Shown piece after piece: positions 57,109 through 64,000 of a DNA stretch of 64,000 bases; the first letter of the stretch is position 1, and every line of letters starts with the position of its first letter. The translations under genes were made by a program, and so were the position numbers. The notes beneath the pieces are model-generated. The model saw only the letters and a program-made list of their open reading frames with translations. It was not told where the DNA came from and searched no databases. Source of the stretch: an uncultured Gemmatimonadaceae bacterium (GTDB lineage Bacteria; Gemmatimonadota; Gemmatimonadetes; Longimicrobiales; Gaopeijiaceae); assembly GCA_964583815.1 (NCBI GenBank), contig CAZOYA010000002.1, positions 596 to 64,595 on the forward strand. Reading direction: 5' to 3'.

Positions 57109-57363
57109 CTACAGGTCCAGGTCCCGGCGGACCTCGTCCCACGGGACCGTGCCCGCCTCGGCGATCTCCCTCAGCGCGCCCTCGAAGTCCCGCTCCGCCA
57201 GGCGGGTGCGCATGCGCTCGAGCAGGGCCGCGTCCTCGAGCGGGACGAGGGCGGCCACGCCCTTGCCGTGGCGCGTCACCACGAACCGCTCGCCGCCGTA
57301 CGCGGCCCGGTTCACGAGCTCGGCCATGTTCCTGCGAATCTCGGCGGTCGTCACGCGCTTCAT
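57109..57363 (-). CDS. Phd/YefM-family antitoxin
   Basis: MKRVTTAEIRRNMAELVNRAAYGGERFVVTRHGKGVAALVPLEDAALLE. Confidence 0.85.
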   Translation of the reverse strand: MKRVTTAEIRRNMAELVNRAAYGGERFVVTRHGKGVAALVPLEDAALLERMRTRLAERDFEGALREIAEAGTVPWDEVRRDLDL

Positions 57364-57542
57364 GATGGGCCTCACGATCTCGATGTCCGGTCGGGCGCCG
57401 TCGGGGTGTTGGACGGCCGCCCGCGCCCGGTGGTTGGAACAGGATGTACAAAACGTGCAATCAGGTGGTCGGGAGGCGCTGCTTGCGGCCGGGACGCGCG
57501 CCGCCGACGATCAGGGGAGTACACCGCCTGCCAGGAGGCTCC

Positions 57543-58202
57543 ATGTCAGCCACGTCCCCGGCGCCCACGTCCGCGCCCACGGCCGAGCGCACCACCTACC
57601 GCATCGAGATGGATCACGTGGAGGCGTGCAACTGCCGGCACGGGTGCAATTGCCAGTTCGGCGGCTTCCCGAACGAGGGGAAGTGCGAGTTCATCATCGG
57701 CTATCACATCCGCAGGGGTGGGTACGGCAACGTGGACCTCGCGGGCACGAAGGTGGTCGTCGCGATGAAGTACCCGGGCGCCATCCACGAGGGGAACGGC
57801 CGGTGCGTGCTCTTCGTGGGCGAGGGAGCGAGCCCCGGGCAGGTGGAGGCGATCGACGAGATCTGGTCGGGGCGCGCGGGCGGGATGCCCTGGGAGGCGC
57901 TCGCCGGCACCCTCGCCTCCCGCGAGGGACCGCTCGTGCGGCCGATCGAGATGAAGATCGAGGGCACGCGGTCCTCGTTCGAGATCCCGGGGGTGCTCGA
58001 GCTCGAGCTCACGCCGCTGATCAACCCGGTCTCGGGCGAGGAGAAGGAGGTCCAGATCCGGTATCCGAAGGGAGGCTTCTTCTGGAACGAGGCCGACTGC
58101 TCGACGACCGCCCGCATGCGCGTGCAGCACGGGGAGCTGGACTTCAGCTACCCGGGAAACTACGCGTCCGCCGCCGTGGCGGAGTGGTCCAACGAGGCGT
58201 GA
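57543..58202 (+). CDS. DUF1326 domain protein
   Basis: Cys-rich N-terminus VEACNCRHGCNCQFGGFPNEGKCEF. AGGAGG upstream. Confidence 0.85.
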   Translation: MSATSPAPTSAPTAERTTYRIEMDHVEACNCRHGCNCQFGGFPNEGKCEFIIGYHIRRGGYGNVDLAGTKVVVAMKYPGAIHEGNGRCVLFVGEGASPGQVEAIDEIWSGRAGGMPWEALAGTLASREGPLVRPIEMKIEGTRSSFEIPGVLELELTPLINPVSGEEKEVQIRYPKGGFFWNEADCSTTARMRVQHGELDFSYPGNYASAAVAEWSNEA

Positions 58203-58203
58203 G

Positions 58204-59043
58204 ATGGGCGTGATCGCGGCGAGCGGCGCGCGGCGCGAGCAGCTCGTCGCGCTCGCGGGCACGATCGTCCTCGCGGCGCTCGCCTGGAGACACCTGATCG
58301 GGGTGGCCGCCGCCATGGGCGACATGGCCGCGCCCGCGGGGGCGGCCGGCGACATGCCCGACCTGAGCGGCATGGCCGGGATGGTGATGCCCGGGATGGG
58401 CGAGGCCCGCCCGGCGCCGGCCGGGTGGGGCCTGGCCGGCTCCCTCTTCGTCATGTGGGCGATCATGATGGTCGCGATGATGCTGCCCTCCGCGCTGCCG
58501 ACCATCCTGCTCTTCGCGCGGCTGCAGGAGGAGCGTGCGAAGCGCCCCGGTGCCCGGGTACCGGGGGTGCCGACGTCGCTCTTCGTGCTCGGCTACCTGA
58601 TCGTCTGGACGGCCTACAGCGCGCTCGCGGCGGCGGCCCAGTGGGGTCTGCAGCGCGCCCTCCTGGTCTCGCCGGCCATGACGAGCGCGAGCGTGGGCCT
58701 GAGCGGCGGTCTCCTGCTCGTGGCCGGAGCCTATCAGCTCACGCCGCTGAAGGAGCGCTGCGTGCGGCACTGCCGCTCGCCCCTCTCCTTCCTGACCCTG
58801 CACTGGCGGGAGGGAGCCCCGGGTGCGGTGCGGATGGGCCTCCACCACGGCGCGTACTGCGTCGGGTGCTGCTGGGCGCTCATGACCCTCCTGTTCGTGC
58901 TCGGGGTGATGAACCTCTTCTGGGTGCTCGCGCTCGCGGCGATCGTGCTCGCGGAGAAGGTGCTCCCCCGTCGGATCCGGGCGACGCCGGCGGTGGGGCT
59001 CGTGCTCATGGGCGCGGGGATCTGGATGATCGCCCGTTGGTGA
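58204..59043 (+). CDS. DUF2182 predicted metal-binding membrane protein
   Basis: Met-rich segment, WAIMMVAMMLPSALP, CVRHCRSP and HHGAYCVGCCWALM motifs. This is the usual partner of DUF1326. Confidence 0.85.
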   Translation: MGVIAASGARREQLVALAGTIVLAALAWRHLIGVAAAMGDMAAPAGAAGDMPDLSGMAGMVMPGMGEARPAPAGWGLAGSLFVMWAIMMVAMMLPSALPTILLFARLQEERAKRPGARVPGVPTSLFVLGYLIVWTAYSALAAAAQWGLQRALLVSPAMTSASVGLSGGLLLVAGAYQLTPLKERCVRHCRSPLSFLTLHWREGAPGAVRMGLHHGAYCVGCCWALMTLLFVLGVMNLFWVLALAAIVLAEKVLPRRIRATPAVGLVLMGAGIWMIARW

Positions 59044-59903
59044 GGGGATCGGAGGAGGCTCCGTCCCGCCCGCTCGCGGGCCGGAGGATCGTCTCGCTCG
59101 CGCTGAACCTCCCGGGCCCGCTGGCCGTGCGGCGCCTCCGCGGGCTCGGGGCGGCGATCGACAAGGCCGAGCCGCCCGGCGGGGATCCGCTGGAGACGTA
59201 TGCCCCCGCGTGGTACGCCGAGCTGCACGAGGACATCCGGGTGGAGCGCCTCGACCTGAAGAGCGCGGACGGGCGCGCCCGGCTCGACGCGCTCCTCGCG
59301 CGGGCGGACCTGGTCCTCACCTCCATGCGGCCCTCCGCGCGCGGGCGGCTGGGGATCGACTTCGCCAGGCTCCACGACCGGTTCCCCCGGCTCCAGGCGG
59401 TGGCGATCGTCGGGGACGCCCGGGACCCGGAGCGCCCGGGGCACGATCTCACCTACCAGGCGGCGGCCGGCCTCGTGGACCCGCCGCGGCCGCCTGGGAC
59501 GCTGCTGGCCGACCTGATGGCGGGCGAGCGGGTGGTCTCGGCGGTGCTCGCGGCGTTCCTCGGCGGGGAGCCCCGGGAGGTCGAGGTATCGATCCAGGAG
59601 GCCGCCGACGACTGCGCGGCGCCGCGGCGGCACGGTCTGACCCGCGAGGGCGGGATGCTCGCCGGCGGGCACGAGGACTACGGCGTGTATCGCGCGCAGG
59701 ACGGCTGGGTGGCGGTCGCGGCCCTGGAGGAGCGCTTCCGGAAGCGCCTGCACGCGGTGGCGCGGGAGATCGGCTCCGGTGACGACGCCGCGGGATCGGC
59801 CGGCCTGTCGGCGCTCTTCTCCACGCGCACGGCCGGGTGGTGGGAGGCGTGGGCGCGCGAGCAGGATCTCCCGCTGGTGGCGGTACGCCGGTGTGGCGAG
59901 TAG
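59040..59903 (+). CDS. short CoA-transferase family III (CaiB/BaiF)-like protein
   Basis: The GTG overlaps the upstream stop (GTGA). PLAGRRIVSLALNLPGPLAVRRLRGLGAAIDKAEPPGGDP matches the family N-terminal motif. At 287 aa it is shorter than typical members. Confidence 0.7.
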   Translation: MRGSEEAPSRPLAGRRIVSLALNLPGPLAVRRLRGLGAAIDKAEPPGGDPLETYAPAWYAELHEDIRVERLDLKSADGRARLDALLARADLVLTSMRPSARGRLGIDFARLHDRFPRLQAVAIVGDARDPERPGHDLTYQAAAGLVDPPRPPGTLLADLMAGERVVSAVLAAFLGGEPREVEVSIQEAADDCAAPRRHGLTREGGMLAGGHEDYGVYRAQDGWVAVAALEERFRKRLHAVAREIGSGDDAAGSAGLSALFSTRTAGWWEAWAREQDLPLVAVRRCGE

Positions 59904-60001
59904 GTCGCGAACGATGTGGGCGGCCGTGCTCGCGGGAGGCGCGGCGCTACGCTAAGGTGGGCCCGGAGCCGAACGATCCCACCCAACCCCGGCCGGTCAC
60001 C

Positions 60002-61627
60002 ATGATCCGTCGCTCGAGGAGACACGCCGCCAACGTCCGCCTGCGCGCCGCGACCGTCCGCACCCTCACGGCCACCCTCCTTCTCGCGCTCGCGGCCGCC
60101 CCCGCGCTCGAGGCGCAGGAGGCCTTCGACGTGCTGATCCGCGGGGCGCGCGTGCTCGACGGAACGGGGAATCCCTGGTACCGGGCGGACGTGGGCATCA
60201 CGGGCGAGCGGATCGCGGCGGTGGGCGACCTCTCGGACGGCACCGCCGGCACGGTCGTCGAGGCCGAAGGGCTGTACCTGGCGCCGGGCTTCATCGATGC
60301 GCACTCGCACGCGGGCGGGGCGCTCGCCACGCCGGAGCTGAGCGCCGCCGTGCCGCTCCTGCGCCAGGGGCTCACCACCGTCCTCGTGAACCCGGACGGA
60401 GGCGGCCCCACGGACCTCGTCCGGCAACGGGCCGCGCTCGAGAAGGACGGGCTCGGCGTGAACGTCGGGCTGCTCGTCCCGCACGGGAGCGTCCGGGAAG
60501 CGGTGCTCGGATACGAGGACCGCGCGCCGACCCCCGCGGAGCTGGAGCGGATGCGCGCGCTCGTCCGCGCCGGCATGGAGGCCGGAGCGTTCGGCCTCTC
60601 GAGCGGACCGTTCTACGCGCCCGGCAGCTACTCCGACACGGAGGAGCTCGTGGCGCTCGCGCGCGTGGCGGCCGAGTTCGGGGGCGCCTACACGAGCCAC
60701 ATCCGGGACGAGTCGGACTACTCGATCGGCCTCATCGCGGCCGTGGACGAGGTGATCACAGTCGCGCGGGAAGCGGACCTCCCCGGTGTGGTCACCCACG
60801 TGAAGGCGCTCGGGCCGCGGGTGTGGGGCTTCGGCGCGGCGATCGTCCACCGCATCGACCGGGCGCGCGAGCAGGGCGTGCAGGTCTACGCGGACCAGTA
60901 CCCGTACGAGGCCTCCTCGACGGGCCTCGATGCCGCGCTCGTTCCGCGCTGGGCCCAGGCGGGAGGTCGGGACTCGCTCGACGCGCGCCTCGCGGATCCG
61001 GAGATCCGCGCGCGGATCCGCGCCGAGATGGCGGAGAACCTCGACCGGCGCGGGGGCGCGGACCGCATCATGTTCCGGCGCTTCGCGGACGATCCCTCGA
61101 TCGAGGGCCGCACCCTCGCCGAGCTCGCGCGCGAGCAGGGACGCGACCCGCTCGACACGGCGATCGACCTGGTGAAGGGCGGCGGGCCCGGCATCATCTC
61201 CTTCAACATGCACGAGGACGACATCCGGACGCTCATGGTCCAGTCCTGGACGATGACCGCATCGGACGGCTCGCTCGTGCCGATGGGCGAGGGCGTGCCG
61301 CATCCGCGCTCCTACGGGACCTTCCCCCGCAAGCTCCGGCGCTACGCGCTGGACGAGGGCGTGGTGGACCTGGCGGCCGCGGTCCGCAGCATGACCTCGC
61401 TCCCCGCGACCGTGTTCGGGCTCGAGGGCCGGGGGCTCGTGCGCGAGGGGGCCGTCGCCGATCTCGTGCTCTTCGATCCCGAGCGTCTGATGGATCGCGC
61501 CGAGTACACCGACCCGCACCAGCTCTCGGAGGGCGTCGTGCACGTGCTCATCGGGGGGCGGTTCGCGCTCCGGGACGGCGAGGCCCTGCCGGAGCGGCTC
61601 GGGCGCGTGTTGGAGCGGGGGCCGTGA
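60002..61627 (+). CDS. N-acyl-D-amino-acid deacylase (D-aminoacylase family), second copy, secreted
   Basis: Signal peptide ALAAAPALEAQ. FDVLIRGARVLDGTGNPWYRADVGITGERI and GFIDAHSHAG. Confidence 0.9.
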   Translation: MIRRSRRHAANVRLRAATVRTLTATLLLALAAAPALEAQEAFDVLIRGARVLDGTGNPWYRADVGITGERIAAVGDLSDGTAGTVVEAEGLYLAPGFIDAHSHAGGALATPELSAAVPLLRQGLTTVLVNPDGGGPTDLVRQRAALEKDGLGVNVGLLVPHGSVREAVLGYEDRAPTPAELERMRALVRAGMEAGAFGLSSGPFYAPGSYSDTEELVALARVAAEFGGAYTSHIRDESDYSIGLIAAVDEVITVAREADLPGVVTHVKALGPRVWGFGAAIVHRIDRAREQGVQVYADQYPYEASSTGLDAALVPRWAQAGGRDSLDARLADPEIRARIRAEMAENLDRRGGADRIMFRRFADDPSIEGRTLAELAREQGRDPLDTAIDLVKGGGPGIISFNMHEDDIRTLMVQSWTMTASDGSLVPMGEGVPHPRSYGTFPRKLRRYALDEGVVDLAAAVRSMTSLPATVFGLEGRGLVREGAVADLVLFDPERLMDRAEYTDPHQLSEGVVHVLIGGRFALRDGEALPERLGRVLERGP

Positions 61628-62646
61628 GGCGCGCACGCGGGGCCGGGCGGCTCGCGACGCCCGACGGCCGGAGCGGGGCCCCACGCCGGCCGACGTACGG
61701 TCGCGGGCGCCGGGCCGCGCCCGCCGTCCTGCTCTCGGCCGCGGCTTTCGCCGCGCTCGCACCGACCTCCGCCGCGGCCCAGGAGGAGCACCTCGCGATC
61801 CTCCGGGCGAAGCTCCAGGCGGACCTCGAGGAAGTGGTCGAGGCTTACGAGGGCGTGGCCGGCCTCCACGTGGTCGACCTGGTGACCGGCGACCGCTTCG
61901 CGGTTCGCGACGAGCTGGTCTTCCCGCAGGCGAGCGCCATCAAGGTGCCGATCCTCCTCGAGCTCTTCCGCCGGGCCGAGGAGGATCCGGGGCTGCTCCG
62001 CCGCCGCGTGGAGCTGACGGACGAGGTGCGCACCGGAGGGAGCGGCGTGCTCCAGGTGCTGACGGACGGCGGCTCCGCGCTGTCGCTGGAGGATTACGCG
62101 ATCTACATGATCCTCCACAGCGACAACACGGCGACGAACGTGCTCATCGACGCGCTGGGCATGGACGCGATCAACCGGCTGTCCGCCTCCCTCGGGGCGC
62201 CGAGCACGCTGCTGCAGCGCAAGATGATCCGCCCGGAGGAGTCCGCGCGCGGCCACGAGAACCTGTCCACCCCGCGGGACGCCGCCCGCATCATGGAGCG
62301 CATCGCGTCCTGCGACCTGCCCATGAGCCAGGCCTCCTGCCGGCGCGTGCGCGAGATCCTCACCCTCGACAAGGGCGGGCCGATCCGCCGGCCGGTGCCC
62401 GCCTCCGTGCCGATCGCGTTCAAGCCGGGCGGCATCACCGGGGTGGCGACGGTCTGGGCGATCGTGGGCGTGCCGGACCGGCCCTACGTCGTGGTCGTGA
62501 TGTCCAACTACGGCGGGGACGGGGGCGCCGTGATCGAGGCCGTGTCCGCGCTCACGTACGACTACTTCAGCCGGCTGTCGGGAGTGACGGACCACGGCAC
62601 GCGGGTGCCGCTCGACGTGCTGCGGCGCGTGCGGGGCGGCGGCTGA
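61624..62646 (+). CDS. secreted class-A beta-lactamase-fold serine hydrolase
   Basis: The GTG overlaps the upstream stop (GTGA). Signal peptide present. SxxK (ASAIKV), SDN (LHSDNTATN) and KPG in place of KTG. Confidence 0.85.
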   Translation: MRRARGAGRLATPDGRSGAPRRPTYGRGRRAAPAVLLSAAAFAALAPTSAAAQEEHLAILRAKLQADLEEVVEAYEGVAGLHVVDLVTGDRFAVRDELVFPQASAIKVPILLELFRRAEEDPGLLRRRVELTDEVRTGGSGVLQVLTDGGSALSLEDYAIYMILHSDNTATNVLIDALGMDAINRLSASLGAPSTLLQRKMIRPEESARGHENLSTPRDAARIMERIASCDLPMSQASCRRVREILTLDKGGPIRRPVPASVPIAFKPGGITGVATVWAIVGVPDRPYVVVVMSNYGGDGGAVIEAVSALTYDYFSRLSGVTDHGTRVPLDVLRRVRGGG

Positions 62647-62671
62647 GGGCGGGCCGCGCGCCCCGCGCGGC

Positions 62672-64000
62672 TCAGCCCTCCCACCCGTGCAAGATACGCG
62701 CCGCGCGCCACACGCCATCCGCCGCCTGCAGAACCTTCGCGCGGAGCCTCGGCGGCAGGTCCGGCCGCTCCTCGAGGAAGGCGCGCACGGTCTCGGCCGC
62801 CTCGACCTCGCCGTGCCCGCCGAGCGTCGCGCCCAGCCAGGTGGCGGGGAAGAAGATGTCGCCGGTGCGCTGGATCTCCTCGACCATGTCGAGCGCGGGT
62901 CGGATGAAGGGGAGCGAGGAAGCTGCGCGGAGCGGGTGGTGGAGGTTCGACAGCCCCGAGAGCACCCAGGGCTCCCGCGCGCGATTCGCCGGATCGGCGA
63001 GCGAGCGGAAGAACGCGGCGCGCACCTCGGGATCCGCGTCGAGGGAGGGCCGCACGAAGCGGAAGCGCGTCTTGCGGTCCGGGTTGGTGATGCGCGCTTC
63101 CTGCGCATCCAGGATCCCGGACCACCCCTCCACCTCGTGGAGCGCGAGCGTGGAGGCGAGCGCGGTGTAGTCGTTCTCCGAGAGCGGCAGCCCGGGGACC
63201 CGCTCCTCCTGCGCCCACAGCCGGCGCATGCGCGCGAGCGCCTCCGGCGTCGAGGCGACGTCGCGCCAGGCGGAGAGGAACGCCGCGCGGGCCGTGGCCG
63301 GCCGGTCGCCCACGACCCCATCCCACAGCACGTCCTCGATCGCCGCGGCGCGGGCGGCGCGCTCCTCCGGCGGCACCAGCTCCAGGAACGCGCCGGCCAG
63401 GTACCCGAGCACCCGGCCCAGGATGAGCTCGTCGCGCTCGCGCGGGAGCGCCTCAACGGCGAGGTCCAGGAGCCGCTCGGGCGGGAGGCGACGCTCGAGC
63501 ACCTGGTCCCACAGCGTCACCCAGGCGGCGCCTCGTGCGAGCGCGGGCTCGAGCTCCGGCAGGTGATCGCTCAGGTGCGCGAGGCTCGCATCGTCGAGCA
63601 GGAACAGGCCGTACTCGACGCCGGAGCCGTTGGGGAGGCCCCATCGAAGGTCGTCCGTGGCGGCGCCGGCGATGCGGACGGGTGATGCCCCGAGCTCGAC
63701 GGTGACGATCGTGTCGCGTGGGGCCCCCGCGCCGGCCGCCCCTCCGTATCCCAGCCGCACCCGGAGCGTCTGGGGCCACACCCGGCCCGTGCCGGCGGGG
63801 TCCTCCTGCTCCAGCACCACGTCCCCGTTCTCCCGACGCACGCGCACGGTCGGGCGGCCGGGCTCCTCGACCCACACCCGGCTCCATTCCGCGAGGTCCT
63901 CCCCGGTGCGCTCGTCCAGGATCGCGATCAGCTCCGGCCATCCCGCGTTGCCGTACGCGTGCTCCGCGAGATAGGCGCGCAGGCCGTCGCGGAACGCTTC
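62672..64000 (-). CDS. M1-family aminopeptidase, C-terminal part (5' end beyond window)
   Basis: The frame stays open to the window edge (EAFRDGLRAYLAEHAYGNAGWPELIAILDE...). The remainder is a helical ERAP1-like C-terminal domain. Confidence 0.8.
   Translation of the reverse strand, partial: EAFRDGLRAYLAEHAYGNAGWPELIAILDERTGEDLAEWSRVWVEEPGRPTVRVRRENGDVVLEQEDPAGTGRVWPQTLRVRLGYGGAAGAGAPRDTIVTVELGASPVRIAGAATDDLRWGLPNGSGVEYGLFLLDDASLAHLSDHLPELEPALARGAAWVTLWDQVLERRLPPERLLDLAVEALPRERDELILGRVLGYLAGAFLELVPPEERAARAAAIEDVLWDGVVGDRPATARAAFLSAWRDVASTPEALARMRRLWAQEERVPGLPLSENDYTALASTLALHEVEGWSGILDAQEARITNPDRKTRFRFVRPSLDADPEVRAAFFRSLADPANRAREPWVLSGLSNLHHPLRAASSLPFIRPALDMVEEIQRTGDIFFPATWLGATLGGHGEVEAAETVRAFLEERPDLPPRLRAKVLQAADGVWRAARILHGWEG

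Noticed and set aside
1-64000. CRISPR arrays, insertion sequences, prophage, rRNA genes, large recent duplications.
   Set aside because: No regularly spaced direct repeats, transposase or integrase motifs, terminal inverted repeats or rRNA-like sequence were seen. The four permease paralogues and the two D-aminoacylase paralogues are clearly diverged at the protein level, so they are not recent nucleotide-level duplications.

Overview
Very GC-rich chromosomal segment: third codon positions are almost all G/C, so every frame carries long spurious ORFs. Real genes were picked by recognisable family motifs, GC3, Shine-Dalgarno sequences and stop/start coupling. The gene content looks like a Gemmatimonadota/Acidobacteriota-type soil bacterium, but that is inference only. 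I support about 55 protein genes and one tRNA-Val. I see no rRNA, CRISPR array, transposase, integrase or phage genes. Contents in order: ileS 3' end and rluD; a tightly coupled four-gene module (tandem DnaA-like AAA+ protein, DUF4388/MshEN-like/TPR protein, membrane HExxH peptidase, orphan sigma-54 response regulator); PadR plus orphan duplicated FtsX permease (first of four permease loci); a GspE/PilB-like pseudo-ATPase fused to a receiver domain; Rof-like and YCII proteins; a TonB-dependent receptor with a PepSY membrane protein; DinB-family genes; a VapBC pair; a very large GT51/PBP-like protein divergent from a histidine kinase, NtrC-type regulator and pal; a chorismate mutase/prephenate dehydratase operon behind a terminator-containing leader; a LuxR-LAL regulator with hydrolase and NmrA genes; two more PadR-permease modules converging on tRNA-Val, a serine hydrolase and a second VapBC pair; a secreted ankyrin protein; ggt; two inverted D-aminoacylase/serine-hydrolase pairs flanking a Phd-ParE-like-permease locus and a DUF1326-DUF2182-CoA-transferase operon; and the 3' part of an M1 aminopeptidase gene. 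Most interesting are three items. (1) A RelE/ParE-fold ORF with no stop codon runs through a (GGA)7 tract into the fourth FtsX permease, in exactly the place where the three PadR-coupled paralogues carry their N-terminal prefix domain. (2) The DnaA-like/MshEN-like/peptidase/sigma-54 module. (3) The receiver-fused GspE-like pseudo-ATPase. All family calls come from motif recognition by eye, with no database search.
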